Of a stretch of DNA of 64,000 bases, positions 47,732 through 57,479 are shown piece after piece (within the stretch, counting starts at the first letter, position 1; every line of letters begins with the position of its first letter). Under the pieces are notes generated by a model, which was not told the origin of the DNA, searched no databases, and saw only the letters and a program-made list of their open reading frames with translations. Both the position numbers and the translations under genes were made by a program. The DNA lies in assembly GCA_963787575.1 (NCBI GenBank), contig CAWBDN010000001.1:5267-69266 (forward strand), in the 5' to 3' direction. Source of the DNA: an uncultured Acidobacteriaceae bacterium. GTDB taxonomy: Bacteria > Acidobacteriota > Terriglobia > Bryobacterales > Bryobacteraceae.

Positions 47732-48925
47732 CTACCGCGCGACAGTAACGTGGGCGCCCACCGGTTCCCTGCGTTGAACTCCGCCGAGTACATCCCGCAC
47801 CAGTGCAGCGATTTCCTCGTTCCGTAAACCCTTCTTGTTATCCGCGATGGCCGTGAAGCGGTGATAAAGTTCATCGAGTTCTTCGCGTGAAAGCTCGAAA
47901 CCCAGGTCCTCGGCGCGCTTCTTCAGCGCGTGGCGTCCGCTATGCTTACCGAGCACGATCCGGCTCTCCGGTACCCCCACGCTTGCCGGATCCATGATCT
48001 CGTAAGTGGATCTCTCCTTCAGATATCCGTCCTGGTGAATGCCGGCTTCGTGGGCAAACGCGTTTTCTCCGACTATCGCCTTATTGGGTTGAGGACCAAA
48101 CGTAATGAATCGGGCCAGCGCCTGGCTGGCTCCAAAGAGTTTTTGCGCGTTGATCTTAGTTTCAAACGGTAGCCTGTCCGGCCTGATCTTGAGCGCCATC
48201 ACTACTTCTTCCAACGCAGCATTCCCCGCCCGTTCGCCAATGCCATTAATGGTGCATTCCACCTGCCGCGCACCGGCCCGAACGGCAGCCAGCGAGTTCG
48301 CCACGGCGAGACCCAGATCGTCATGGCAATGAACGCTGACGACGGCACGATCCCCGAGCAGCCCCACAATGCGGCCTATCAACTCGGCGTACTCGTCCGG
48401 CACGGAGTAGCCGACTGTATCCGGCAAATTCACCGTCCGCGCGCCCGCCGCCACCACCGCCTGGCATACCTCTTCGAGATATTCAATGTTTGTGCGCGTT
48501 GCATCTTCCGCTGAAAACTCCACGTCGTCCGTGTAATTGCGCGCGAGACTTACCGCTGCCACTGCATCGTCCAGAACTTGCTGGCGGCTTTTCCTTAGCT
48601 TGTATCTCAGATGAATCTCGCTGGTCGCGATGAACGTGTGTATGCGTGGACGTTTGGCATGCCGCAATGCCTGAGCGGCTCGTTCCACGTCAACCGTGCA
48701 GGAACGCGCCAGCGCGGCCACCTGCACCCACGGAAATTGACGGCTCACCGCATCCACGGCTTCGAAATCTCCTTCGGATGCGATCGGAAACCCTGCCTCT
48801 AAAATGTCGACGCCCAAGTCTACTAATTGAGCGGCCATGCTGAGCTTTTCGGGCGTAGTCATGCTGCAGCCCGGGGATTGCTCACCATCGCGCAAAGTAG
48901 TATCGAAGATGTAGACGCGGCTCAA
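47732..48925 (-). CDS. leuA: 2-isopropylmalate synthase / homocitrate synthase family, short form (397 aa, no C-terminal LeuA regulatory domain)
   Basis: It contains '[14 protein letters not shown]' and '[21 protein letters not shown]'. The TTG start is preceded by AAAGGAG. It is the first gene of the leuBCD cluster. Confidence 0.75.
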   Translation of the reverse strand: MSRVYIFDTTLRDGEQSPGCSMTTPEKLSMAAQLVDLGVDILEAGFPIASEGDFEAVDAVSRQFPWVQVAALARSCTVDVERAAQALRHAKRPRIHTFIATSEIHLRYKLRKSRQQVLDDAVAAVSLARNYTDDVEFSAEDATRTNIEYLEEVCQAVVAAGARTVNLPDTVGYSVPDEYAELIGRIVGLLGDRAVVSVHCHDDLGLAVANSLAAVRAGARQVECTINGIGERAGNAALEEVVMALKIRPDRLPFETKINAQKLFGASQALARFITFGPQPNKAIVGENAFAHEAGIHQDGYLKERSTYEIMDPASVGVPESRIVLGKHSGRHALKKRAEDLGFELSREELDELYHRFTAIADNKKGLRNEEIAALVRDVLGGVQRREPVGAHVTVAR

Positions 48926-49046
48926 GTCAGTACTCCTTTGGGAACTTTTCCCATCCTAAGGCGAACAGGGGCGATTATGCAAATTTATACGGCAGGCCAG
49001 TCTCATTAGATATTATGATGGTATAAGCGGTTAATTTCGGTGGCGC

Positions 49047-49955
49047 ATGGAACTGTATCCCTTAAAAGTCTTTTTAACGGTAGCAACAGAGCGCAGTTTT
49101 TCCCGAGCGGGCGAAAAACTTTTGCGAACACAGCCCGCTATTTCCATCGCCATTCAGCGCTTGGAAAGTGATTTAAAAGAAAGGCTTATTGATAGGAGCG
49201 GCCGCGAGCTGCTACTTACCGATGCAGGCCGTGTCGTACTGGAATATGCCAAGCGTTTTCAGAACCTCGAAGCGGATCTGGAAAATGCCCTGCGTGAACT
49301 AAAAGACAATTACGCGGGCCGCCTTGCAATTGGCGCAAATGAATCGACTTCGCTTTATCTTATTCAGAATATTGAGCAATATCGGCGTTTATTCCCAAAA
49401 GTGAAGGTTCAGGTCAAGCGATCAGAATCGAGCAAAATACCCTCCCAACTTCTGGATGGAGAGTTGGAGCTGGGGGTAATCAGCTATGATCCCGCGGACG
49501 ACCACCTAACCGCTGAAATCATATACACCGACAGGCTCACCCTGATTGTCTCTCCCAAACATCGATTCGCCGATCAGTCCGAAATTTCGATTTCGGAGCT
49601 CGACATGGAAACCTTCATCGCCCACAACGTCCTATCACCCTATCGCGAGGTGGTGCTACGCGAATTCCAGCGGCACAAAGTGCCTTTGAACATGGACGTG
49701 GAGATGCCCACAGTCGAGACCATCCGCCGCCTGGTACAGGACAACGAAGGTGTGGCCTTTCTTCCTCGCATGTGTGTGGAGCAGGAGATCAAGCAGGGGC
49801 TTCTGCGCGAGATCCGTGTGAAGGAGTTAAACGTCGAGCGCAAGATCCGGCTGGTTTACCCTGCGCGGAGGGCCCTCAGCCACGCCGCGAAGGCTTTCCT
49901 GGAAGTGGTGAAACGCGGGAGCGCCGAGCCGGAATCTATGCAGGCACCTGCGTGA
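49047..49955 (+). CDS. LysR-family transcriptional regulator, divergent from the leu operon
   Basis: The HTH reads 'LKVFLTVATERSFSRAGEKLLRTQPAISIAIQRLE'. It is 302 aa. Confidence 0.85.
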   Translation: MELYPLKVFLTVATERSFSRAGEKLLRTQPAISIAIQRLESDLKERLIDRSGRELLLTDAGRVVLEYAKRFQNLEADLENALRELKDNYAGRLAIGANESTSLYLIQNIEQYRRLFPKVKVQVKRSESSKIPSQLLDGELELGVISYDPADDHLTAEIIYTDRLTLIVSPKHRFADQSEISISELDMETFIAHNVLSPYREVVLREFQRHKVPLNMDVEMPTVETIRRLVQDNEGVAFLPRMCVEQEIKQGLLREIRVKELNVERKIRLVYPARRALSHAAKAFLEVVKRGSAEPESMQAPA

Positions 49956-49968
49956 CTCGCGGCCGGAA

Positions 49969-51078
49969 TTGACGCAATCCGTTAGCCTCCCCGCCCGGAC
50001 GGGCGTCGACGCACACAATCGAATCGCGGTCGTCGGCGGCGGCATTATCGGTCTCGCTGTCGCTTGGCGCTTGGCACAAGATGGCTGGGACGTCACCATC
50101 TTTGATAAGGGAGAGCTAGGGGCAGAGGCGAGCTGGGCGGGAGCGGGCATGTTATCTCCGGGCGGCGAGATTGACGCCGAGTCTCCGCTGGCGCCGCTCG
50201 CGATTCAATCCCGCCAAATGTATGGCCAATTTGTCCGCCGGCTTGAGCAGGCGTCGAGGCTGACTATCGATTACCAGGAATGCGGCGGCCTTGACCTGGC
50301 CTATTCGCCGGACGAACAGCATGCGTTGGAATCGCGAGCCGCACGCCAAATCGCGCTCGGCATTGGATCGAAACCACTCTCTCGCGATCACGTTTCGATC
50401 TTTTGGCCGAGAGTGCGAAGCACCGATCTGGCAGGAGCTCGCTTTTATCCCGGGGACGCCATCGTAAATCCCCGCGAGGTAACCAGAGCCTTGGCCGCTG
50501 CATGCCGCAAGCTGAATGCCTCAATCGTAGAGCGCTGCTCGGCTTCAAGAGTTCACGTAAAAGAGGGCGGTGTCGAGCTCGAAACTGAGCAGGGTGCCTC
50601 GACCTTTCGGGCCGCGGTGATTGCCGCAGGCGCCTGGAGCGGGGATATTGCGGTAACCGGGGTTCCGCCATTGCCTGCTTCCGAGCCCGTCAAAGGCCAT
50701 CTGATCGGATACCAGCAGCCGGAACAGACCTGCACCACGGTTGTGCGGCATGGGCAAACCTATCTTCTGCAGCGAGCAAACGGTTTGCTGATTGCCGGAA
50801 CATCCGTCGAGCACGCCGGCTTTGATCGTCAGGTAAAACCTGACATAGCGGATGGGATTGCCCGGCGCGCCGCATTCATCTTCCCGCACCTTCGCGAAAC
50901 GAGCCCTTCGGAAATTTGGACTGGCTTCCGGCCGGACAGCGATCAGTTGCAGCTCGGAACATGGCATTCGCCGCATTTGTACCTGGCGTATGGGCACTTC
51001 CGAAACGGTATTCTGCTGGCGCCCCTCACGGCTCAGCGACTTTGCGATCAGATCAACGCCAATTGGCGAAGGCGCTAG
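49969..51078 (+). CDS. FAD-dependent oxidoreductase, glycine oxidase (ThiO)-like
   Basis: It contains 'IAVVGGGIIGLAVAWRLAQDGWDVTIFDKG' and a DAO-family layout. It has a TTG start. Confidence 0.7.
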   Translation: MTQSVSLPARTGVDAHNRIAVVGGGIIGLAVAWRLAQDGWDVTIFDKGELGAEASWAGAGMLSPGGEIDAESPLAPLAIQSRQMYGQFVRRLEQASRLTIDYQECGGLDLAYSPDEQHALESRAARQIALGIGSKPLSRDHVSIFWPRVRSTDLAGARFYPGDAIVNPREVTRALAAACRKLNASIVERCSASRVHVKEGGVELETEQGASTFRAAVIAAGAWSGDIAVTGVPPLPASEPVKGHLIGYQQPEQTCTTVVRHGQTYLLQRANGLLIAGTSVEHAGFDRQVKPDIADGIARRAAFIFPHLRETSPSEIWTGFRPDSDQLQLGTWHSPHLYLAYGHFRNGILLAPLTAQRLCDQINANWRRR

Positions 51079-51886
51079 AGCGCTTTTTCTGAACGTCCTG
51101 GATCAAGACAGCTACACGGGACCGGCGTTTTAGCAGGCTCTCGAGCAATTGTTCGAGAGCCTCCTCGTCCTGCTCGAGCCAATCCCGCGGAATCTCTTTC
51201 CACGCCGAATCGATGACCTCGACCGGGAAGTGCTCCACCATATCCAGCCACGGCTGGAAGGATTCGGTGGAACGTACCTCATCGTAGACGGAAGTTCGGA
51301 AATAGAGTCCCTGGATCGGCGAGTCCTGAAAAAACCAGTTCGATCCGTTGAATGCGAAGCCGTGATCGATCATCTGCGCAAAAAAGCCTAACCTCGATGG
51401 CGTGTCGCCTTTCAAGGGTGTCCAGCTTTTGCCGCGGGCTCGAAAGAACACAGCCTGGCGTGAGTCCGCGTTGGCAACCCATTTGTCGAAGACCAGCATC
51501 CCCAAGAAATCGAACCGGTTTTCAACCTTCAGCAAGAGCTTATCGGGAAGAAAATCGAATACAGCCACTCGCTCGGGATGGACGGCCATTCGCGAACCGA
51601 AGTGCAAACCCGGCGGAATTTTCTCGTGGCGCGGGCCAACCGACAGATAAAGATCCGGCGAACCCGCGATGAAGTCGGCCGTCAATTCGATAACCGCTGT
51701 ATCCGGCACGTGGATCTGAAGATAGCGTAGAAAGGCGCAGGCCAGCCACTCATTAATCAGGATCCGGCGATGCTGTGGATTGTTCACGAACTTGACAACG
51801 TAGAACCCCCCATCCTCGGCCTCGATGAGATGAGCCTGCGCTCCGCCACGCATCTTGCGAATCAACTTGCGGGCGCGAATGGGCAT
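51053..51886 (-). CDS. HipA-like (HipA_2-type) putative kinase
   Basis: The sequence 'MRGGAQAHLIEAEDGGFYVVKFVNNPQHRRILINEWLA' is typical of the stand-alone HipA-like family. Its 3' end overlaps the convergent oxidoreductase gene by 26 nt. Confidence 0.5.
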   Translation of the reverse strand: MPIRARKLIRKMRGGAQAHLIEAEDGGFYVVKFVNNPQHRRILINEWLACAFLRYLQIHVPDTAVIELTADFIAGSPDLYLSVGPRHEKIPPGLHFGSRMAVHPERVAVFDFLPDKLLLKVENRFDFLGMLVFDKWVANADSRQAVFFRARGKSWTPLKGDTPSRLGFFAQMIDHGFAFNGSNWFFQDSPIQGLYFRTSVYDEVRSTESFQPWLDMVEHFPVEVIDSAWKEIPRDWLEQDEEALEQLLESLLKRRSRVAVLIQDVQKKRSSAFANWR

Positions 51887-52007
51887 GCGTCAAATGCGCT
51901 TGGGTCCGAATGAGAGAATCAGACCTGGAGACAGGGCTTTCTCGCACAGACGCCCTGTCCATAGATAGGCTAACTTCTTAAACCACACAAGGAGCAAAAC
52001 GAAACGT

Positions 52008-52220
52008 ATGGCTGAAGACAATTCAGAGAAGCAGGCCCCGCGCAGTCCGGACGAGGTCGCTCTCGAATTGATGAAGTTCATCGCCGTGACAACAAGCTAC
52101 GGCAAAGGTACTCCCACGACCGGTTTCGGCGGGAAAGGACCGCGTTCCAGTGAAGAGTATGCCGACTCTTTGATCGAATTATTCGAGCGGTGCCGTTCAG
52201 TCGTTCGCAAGCAGAAGTAG
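52008..52220 (+). CDS. Small hypothetical protein (70 aa)
   Basis: An AAGGAG-type RBS lies ~12 nt upstream of the ATG. No recognisable family. Confidence 0.4.
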   Translation: MAEDNSEKQAPRSPDEVALELMKFIAVTTSYGKGTPTTGFGGKGPRSSEEYADSLIELFERCRSVVRKQK

Positions 52221-52287
52221 AGCCGCCTGCGAAGTCTCGAGGGGCCGTCGAGAGCCGTGACTGCAAACGAATGCGGCCCGCGATGGG

Positions 52288-52920
52288 CTAACGTCTGCGC
52301 TTCGCCGCCTTCTTGGCGCCCGATTTCTTCTGAGCCTTTTTCGCCGTACCTTTCCGGGCTGCCTTTTTGATGGGCCTGCGAAGCTCCGCGCGACGTCGCG
52401 TTGCCCCGCGGGCAGCCTTCTTGACGCTCGTCTTCTTCTTAGGTCGAGCTGCGGATTTAGCGGTTTTCTTGGCCCCGGTCCTTTTCGCCGCGGCGGTCTT
52501 CCCGGGTGCTTTCTTCCCAGAGGCTTTGCTCGTCGCCACGGATTTTTTCCCGGTTGGCGTTTTCTTTGCGGGGGCTGCCTGCTGAGCCGTACCGCCGCTA
52601 GCCGTTACGTCGGCTTTCTTAGGGGTGCTCTTCTTGGCCGGGCGCTTCTTGACAGGCGCTGCCTGCCCTTTCTCTGAGCCGGTCCCGCTGCTTTCCAGGC
52701 CCGCGCCCTCGGACGCCGTAGTCCTCGGCCCTCCGGATTCCGAACGACCACTCGGCGCCGCGCCTGATTTCTTTTCTAATGCTTCTGCTTCCTCGTCTTC
52801 GTCTTCTTCGTCCTCGTCCTCACCGTACTCTTTTTTGTCGGATTCGATCTCTACATGCTCATCTTCATAATCGAAATCGTCATCTTCGTCTTCTGGTTTT
52901 AGCCGGTACTCTAAACTCAC
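52288..52920 (-). CDS. Bipolar protein with an acidic N-terminal half and a Lys/Ala-rich histone-H1-like C-terminal half
   Basis: The GTG at 52920 lies 5 nt after AAGGAGG. The acidic half reads 'EDEDDDFDYEDE..EDEDEEDEDEEAE' and the basic half 'AKKTPTGKKSVATSKASGKKAPGKTAAAKRTGAKKTAK..'. Confidence 0.65.
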   Translation of the reverse strand: MSLEYRLKPEDEDDDFDYEDEHVEIESDKKEYGEDEDEEDEDEEAEALEKKSGAAPSGRSESGGPRTTASEGAGLESSGTGSEKGQAAPVKKRPAKKSTPKKADVTASGGTAQQAAPAKKTPTGKKSVATSKASGKKAPGKTAAAKRTGAKKTAKSAARPKKKTSVKKAARGATRRRAELRRPIKKAARKGTAKKAQKKSGAKKAAKRRR

Positions 52921-53083
52921 GCACTCCTCCTTTCTCACTTACTCACTACGCATCGAGATGATGCAGGCAGCAAAATGATTTCACATGCCGCGAAGAATCG
53001 CAAGCGCTAAATAAAAAGCTCGAACGAAAATCGTTCGAGCTGCAGTTGTCCAGCGGACCAAAAACCTATTCGGCGGAACTGTC

Positions 53084-54733
53084 CTAGCGCAAGCTGGCGG
53101 TGCGGATCGCGGCCTTGCGGTGCGCGATCTGTGAGGGTATCCGGCGCGATGTGGCGATATGAGAGCCGTGGTGGGCTACCGTGCTCGGCGTCGCCTTGCG
53201 GCTGCTCTTGCGTGCGTGCGTCGGCCGGTCCTCCGGATGATACACGGCAGGAATCAGAAGTACGTCGCCCGCTTCCAGGGAGTCCGCCGCGCGATTCACC
53301 GCCGCGATTCGCTCCGGACTCAGGTGATAAGACCTGGCGATAGCCTGAAGCGTGTCCCCGGCTTCCACATGGTGCAATCGCCACGCCTGCCGGCTTTCCG
53401 CTGGCACCGATTCAAGCCTGGCTTGGGTTATATCCGCCGACCCCCTCGGCACATGAATCTGAAAGCCGTAGGGAGCGACCATCCTCAGCAGCGACGGATT
53501 AAGATCCCGAATCACCGAAATCGGCTGCATCGTTGCATCCGCGATGAGATTCAAATTCGTCGACGCGCTCAGTTGAATTGAATCGTATTCGACAGGCGCG
53601 TCCACCTCGACGTTCTCCAGCCCGTAATCCCCTGGATTCTTCGCCATGATCGTCATCGCCACAATAATGGGGACGTAACTGGCGGTTTCTTTGGGGAGAG
53701 CGTGACGTTTTAACAGTTCCCAATAGTCTGCATATCCGGTGCGTTCGACAGCCCGGTCCACCGCGCCCGCTCCGCAGTTGTAGGCTGCCATGGCCAAATA
53801 CCAATCGCCATAGCGCGCGTGGAGATCCTTCAGAAGCTTGGCGGCCGCCCGGGTCGCTTTCTCGGGGTCGAAACGATCGTCTACTGTTCCGTTGTGAGCA
53901 AGATCGTAGGTCGAGCCCGTGCCTGCGATGAACTGCCACATGCCCACAGCCTGCTTATTTGAGATCGCGCGGGGGAGAAATCCCGATTCAGCCTGCGCCA
54001 GGTACATCAATTCCTGCGGCACGCCTTCCTCGGCGAAAATGCGCTGAATCAGACCTTTGTAGCGGCCCGCCCGCTGCAAACCGGAAACCAGAATTCTGCG
54101 CCCGCGCTCTGTCGAGAAATAATGCACGTAGCTGAGGACCGGGTCCGAAAGCTCCAGAGGTATGCCTGAAGCGGTCTGATTCAATTCGGTTTTCAGTTTC
54201 GGAGCGAGATTCTGATCGACTGGAAACGTCATGTGGCTGATCTCGTCGATGGGCGCTTTATCGAACGCCACAGTATCCTCGCTTTGCCCGGCGCCCAGCT
54301 TTTCTACGTCGAAGCGGTAGATAAGATCGCACATCTCATCCAGCCGGCGCTCGATGCGGCGACGATCAGGTAGCGCATCGGGCGCGCTCAGGAGCGCATC
54401 CACAGCCGCATCAAATTCCCGGCGGGCGCCCGCCAGATTCCCCTGAAAATACATCTGACGCCCAGCACTGAAATGCGCGTCCGCGCGCTTAAGCCTGTCA
54501 TCGGTTTCAACCGAATGAAAAGCTGAGGAATCCAGTGCCACGGAAGCGGAGGTGCCTTCCGGGGAAGCGGCGGACCCGCCGCTTGAGATCGCATCAGCCG
54601 GAGGATCTGCTGCCTCGATCTCAAAAGCTACACCGTTCGAAACTACGTGCTTTGCTTGCGCCCGAGAACTGCCGACAGAAACTGCTGCCAGAAATACGAT
54701 CCCGGTCAGAAGAGGCTGTGATCGTAGTATCAT
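53084..54733 (-). CDS. Lytic transglycosylase (MltD-like) with C-terminal LysM domain
   Basis: The SLT motif reads 'AQAESGFLPRAISNKQAVGMWQFI'. The LysM domain reads 'HHVEAGDTLQAIARSYHLSPERIAAVN'. It has a signal peptide. Confidence 0.85.
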   Translation of the reverse strand: MILRSQPLLTGIVFLAAVSVGSSRAQAKHVVSNGVAFEIEAADPPADAISSGGSAASPEGTSASVALDSSAFHSVETDDRLKRADAHFSAGRQMYFQGNLAGARREFDAAVDALLSAPDALPDRRRIERRLDEMCDLIYRFDVEKLGAGQSEDTVAFDKAPIDEISHMTFPVDQNLAPKLKTELNQTASGIPLELSDPVLSYVHYFSTERGRRILVSGLQRAGRYKGLIQRIFAEEGVPQELMYLAQAESGFLPRAISNKQAVGMWQFIAGTGSTYDLAHNGTVDDRFDPEKATRAAAKLLKDLHARYGDWYLAMAAYNCGAGAVDRAVERTGYADYWELLKRHALPKETASYVPIIVAMTIMAKNPGDYGLENVEVDAPVEYDSIQLSASTNLNLIADATMQPISVIRDLNPSLLRMVAPYGFQIHVPRGSADITQARLESVPAESRQAWRLHHVEAGDTLQAIARSYHLSPERIAAVNRAADSLEAGDVLLIPAVYHPEDRPTHARKSSRKATPSTVAHHGSHIATSRRIPSQIAHRKAAIRTASLR

Positions 54734-54968
54734 TCAATAAGCAGTTTTTATGACAGACCGATTTTGAATCGGAATCATTACTCTAACTCAGGCGGAATGT
54801 CGCGGTCAAGGGCAAAAGACCACCCCTACTTCCATATCCCGTATCGGTTCCCAAATATCATAGGAGTATCCGCTCTGTCCAGGATGGTGGAGAAAGAACC
54901 GAGAGTGTCAAAGGCCTCTATCGAAGAAGTAGATACTACAGGCTTTATCTCTGTTACCAAATCAAACC

Positions 54969-54987
54969 CTGGCCCGAGCCGGGCCAG
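54969..54987 (-). terminator. Candidate rho-independent terminator downstream of clpP
   Basis: The 8-bp GC-rich stem CTGGCCCG/CGGGCCAG has a 3-nt loop. On the minus strand it is followed by GGTTTGATTTGG, 30 nt after the clpP stop. Confidence 0.4.
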
Positions 54988-55016
54988 ATGGCGTCGAAAC
55001 TCGTGTCGGAATATTC

Positions 55017-55634
55017 TTACCGTGTCGGTACGGGCTGGAGGACCCGGTTCGAGATCACGCGATCGATCATCCCGTAATCCAAGGCAGCGTCCGGTTCAAG
55101 GATGTAATCGCGATCTACATCGCGAGCTATTTTATCGACCGGCTGGCCGGTCGCGTCTGCCAGGATTTCGTTCAGATTTTGACGCATCCGCAAAATCTCG
55201 CGGGCGTAAATATCGATGTCGGCTGCTTGCCCGCCCAGACCGCTCATCGAAGGCTGGTGGATGAGGATCCGCGAATGGGGAAGGCTGAATCGCTTTCCTT
55301 TTGTACCGCAGGCAAGAAGAACCGCAGCCATTGACGCGGCCTGTCCAATGCAATAGGTGACAATGTCGGGCTCAACCAGGCGCATGGTGTCGAGAATGGC
55401 CAGTCCTGCGGTAATCGAGCCTCCGGGAGAATTCAGATAAATGGAGATATCCCGCTCGGGGTCCTCCGCCGCCAGAAATAACATCTGGGCGATTACCAGG
55501 TTGGCGACGTTATCGTCGATCGGCGTGCCAAGAAAGATGATGTTCTCCTTCAGCAGCCTGGAATAGATGTCGTATGCGCGTTCACCTCTCGAGGTCTGCT
55601 CAACCACCATGGGCACAAGTACTGAATTATTCAT
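55017..55634 (-). CDS. clpP: ATP-dependent Clp protease proteolytic subunit
   Basis: It contains '[19 protein letters not shown]', '[15 protein letters not shown]' and '[11 protein letters not shown]'. Confidence 0.92.
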   Translation of the reverse strand: MNNSVLVPMVVEQTSRGERAYDIYSRLLKENIIFLGTPIDDNVANLVIAQMLFLAAEDPERDISIYLNSPGGSITAGLAILDTMRLVEPDIVTYCIGQAASMAAVLLACGTKGKRFSLPHSRILIHQPSMSGLGGQAADIDIYAREILRMRQNLNEILADATGQPVDKIARDVDRDYILEPDAALDYGMIDRVISNRVLQPVPTR

Positions 55635-55955
55635 CCAAGCTCCTTACTGCAAAAGCTCTCCGCACCATTGGGTAAACAAGGCGGCACACCCATCATATAA
55701 GATGGCAGCCGCCGAACTACCTCTTTGGCGGGACCGCCGATCGGTGTGTTCGAGCTGGCCATTGACGCCGCAATTCAAGCCTCCCATATTAATAAAGGAT
55801 GTTGTTTTCTGTAGGTTGCAGACCCGCCTGATCTCGATCGGTCCCGTGGGTCCTGGAGCCGGCTCGGGAATAATGATCGTCTCGACGGATCCGGCTAATC
55901 ATTCTGGCCCATACAGACGATTGAGTTATTAGCATTAGTGAGACTTGCGCCAGGC

Positions 55956-56894
55956 ATGAAAGTTTTGATTGCAGACGACAGCGGAACCTCCCGGGCTTTG
56001 TTGCGGAGCGCACTTGTGCGGTGGGGGTATGAGGTGGTGATGGCGGAGAACGGGAACCAGGCCTGGGAGATCCTCGCCGAGGATGATGCCCCTCCCATGG
56101 CCATTCTGGATTGGGTTATGCCCCATATGACCGGCCCGGAGGTCTGCCGTAAGGTGCGCGAGACGCATAGAGAACCTTACACATACATCATCTTGCTCAC
56201 CTCCAAGAACACCAAGAACGAAACCGTGGAAGGGTTGGAGGCCGGCGCCGATGACTACGTTGTAAAGCCCTTCGATGAACACGAACTCCAGGTTCGATTG
56301 CGCGCCGGTAAGCGGATTATCGATTTACAGACGGACTTGTTGACCGCGCGCGAAGAGTTGCGCGAACGGGCCAACAAAGACCTGCTGACAATGCTGCCGA
56401 ACCGTCCCGCCATTGCGGCGGCCCTCGAACGGGAGATCTCCCGCTGCCACCGCGACAAGCGGACGGTCGGCGTCATCCTCCTAGATATCGATCACTTTAA
56501 GAAGATCAACGACACTTATGGTCATTTCGCGGGCGATGCCGTGTTGCGCGAAACCGCCTTGCGCCTGCGCGGAAACATGCGCCCCTACGACCAGGTCGGA
56601 CGCTACGGCGGCGAGGAGTTTCTCGTTGTTTTGCCCAACTGCGACATCGAACAGGCGGCGCTCCAGGCCGAGCGAATGCGCAGCAAACTGCATGCGAGTG
56701 CCATGCTTGTGGACGGCGTGGAAATGACTGTTTCTGCAAGCTTCGGAGTGACCGTCTCCGATGGCTCCGAACGCCCGCCCGATATTTTTGTGCGAGTCGC
56801 CGACGAGGCTCTTTATCGCGCTAAGGCGAGCGGCCGAAATTGCGTATCAAGCCTCACTCTAAGAGAGTCGGCCATCCGTGAGAACGGCGCCTAG
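55956..56894 (+). CDS. Response regulator receiver + GGDEF diguanylate cyclase (PleD-like)
   Basis: The REC domain reads 'MKVLIADDSG..DWVMPHMTG'. The GGDEF domain reads 'RYGGEEFLVVLP' and also contains 'DIDHFKKINDTYGH'. Confidence 0.88.
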   Translation: MKVLIADDSGTSRALLRSALVRWGYEVVMAENGNQAWEILAEDDAPPMAILDWVMPHMTGPEVCRKVRETHREPYTYIILLTSKNTKNETVEGLEAGADDYVVKPFDEHELQVRLRAGKRIIDLQTDLLTAREELRERANKDLLTMLPNRPAIAAALEREISRCHRDKRTVGVILLDIDHFKKINDTYGHFAGDAVLRETALRLRGNMRPYDQVGRYGGEEFLVVLPNCDIEQAALQAERMRSKLHASAMLVDGVEMTVSASFGVTVSDGSERPPDIFVRVADEALYRAKASGRNCVSSLTLRESAIRENGA

Positions 56895-56915
56895 CGCTGC
56901 TATACTGTCTCTGTT

Positions 56916-56992
56916 GCGCCCGTAGCTCAGCTGGATAGAGCGTCTGGCTACGAACCAGAAGGTCGGCAGTTCGAATCTGTCCGGGCGCACCA
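56916..56992 (+). tRNA. tRNA-Arg (anticodon ACG), with encoded CCA
   Basis: Hand folding gives acceptor GCGCCCG/CGGGCGC, anticodon stem TCTGG/CCAGA, loop CTACGAA and T-loop GTTCGAATC. Confidence 0.9.
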
Positions 56993-56995
56993 TTT

Positions 56996-57307
56996 AATCC
57001 AGTTGTCATCAAATCTTTTGAGCGACACTGGCATTCTCTCGAGCTCCGCCGTTCGGCCGGTATGCCCGAAAGTATGCCCACTCTTTTCCTCGTGGGCTCG
57101 ATCCATTGCGGCCCGTATGGTCTGTTCCTGCGGATGAACATAGCGCTTCGTGATGTTCATGTCGCGATGGCGGGCCAGGTAAGCGAGTGTCCACGGATCC
57201 ATGTGCGGCGCCCATCTCGTGAGGCAGGTGTGCCGAAGCGTGTAGAGCTCGAACGGCGAAAGCTGCGCGTGCTCCTTGTGAGTTTCTTCTCTCAGAATCC
57301 GCGGGAC
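56996..57307 (-). pseudogene. 5'-truncated tyrosine integrase, with only the last ~90 codons remaining
   Basis: It reads '..ELYTLRHTCLTRWAPHMDPWTLAYLARHRDMNITKRYVHP'. An in-frame stop lies at 57308..57310, so there is no N-terminal half. The frame runs on into the tRNA. Confidence 0.7.
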
Positions 57308-57479
57308 TCAGCTTCTCCCTTTTTGGTGCGCTGACGATTTATTTTCAATCTGTTCCGTTGGGATTCACTTTTGAAGGGCTGAGTCCCATCTGGGATGCAG
57401 CTTGGTTTTGCCTAACGCTGCTTAAAATTGTTGAATTCTGTCGAACTTTGCCTAAATCTGTCGAACCGCCCGCGTGGAG

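Noticed and set aside
52625-52870. A poly-serine ORF ('SSSSSSSSSSS').
   Set aside because: It is the antisense reading of the GAA/GAC-rich acidic tract of the bipolar protein gene.
54780-54809. A sigma70-like promoter for the transglycosylase gene, TTGACC-N18-TAGAGT on the minus strand.
   Set aside because: It is plausible by spacing, but the -10 box is weak and I cannot validate promoter consensus for this phylum from sequence alone.
56948-57030. An ORF continuing from the integrase stub through tRNA-Arg (56948..57202).
   Set aside because: The part overlapping the tRNA is read-through of a truncated gene on the opposite strand of a well-folded tRNA, so it is not treated as coding.
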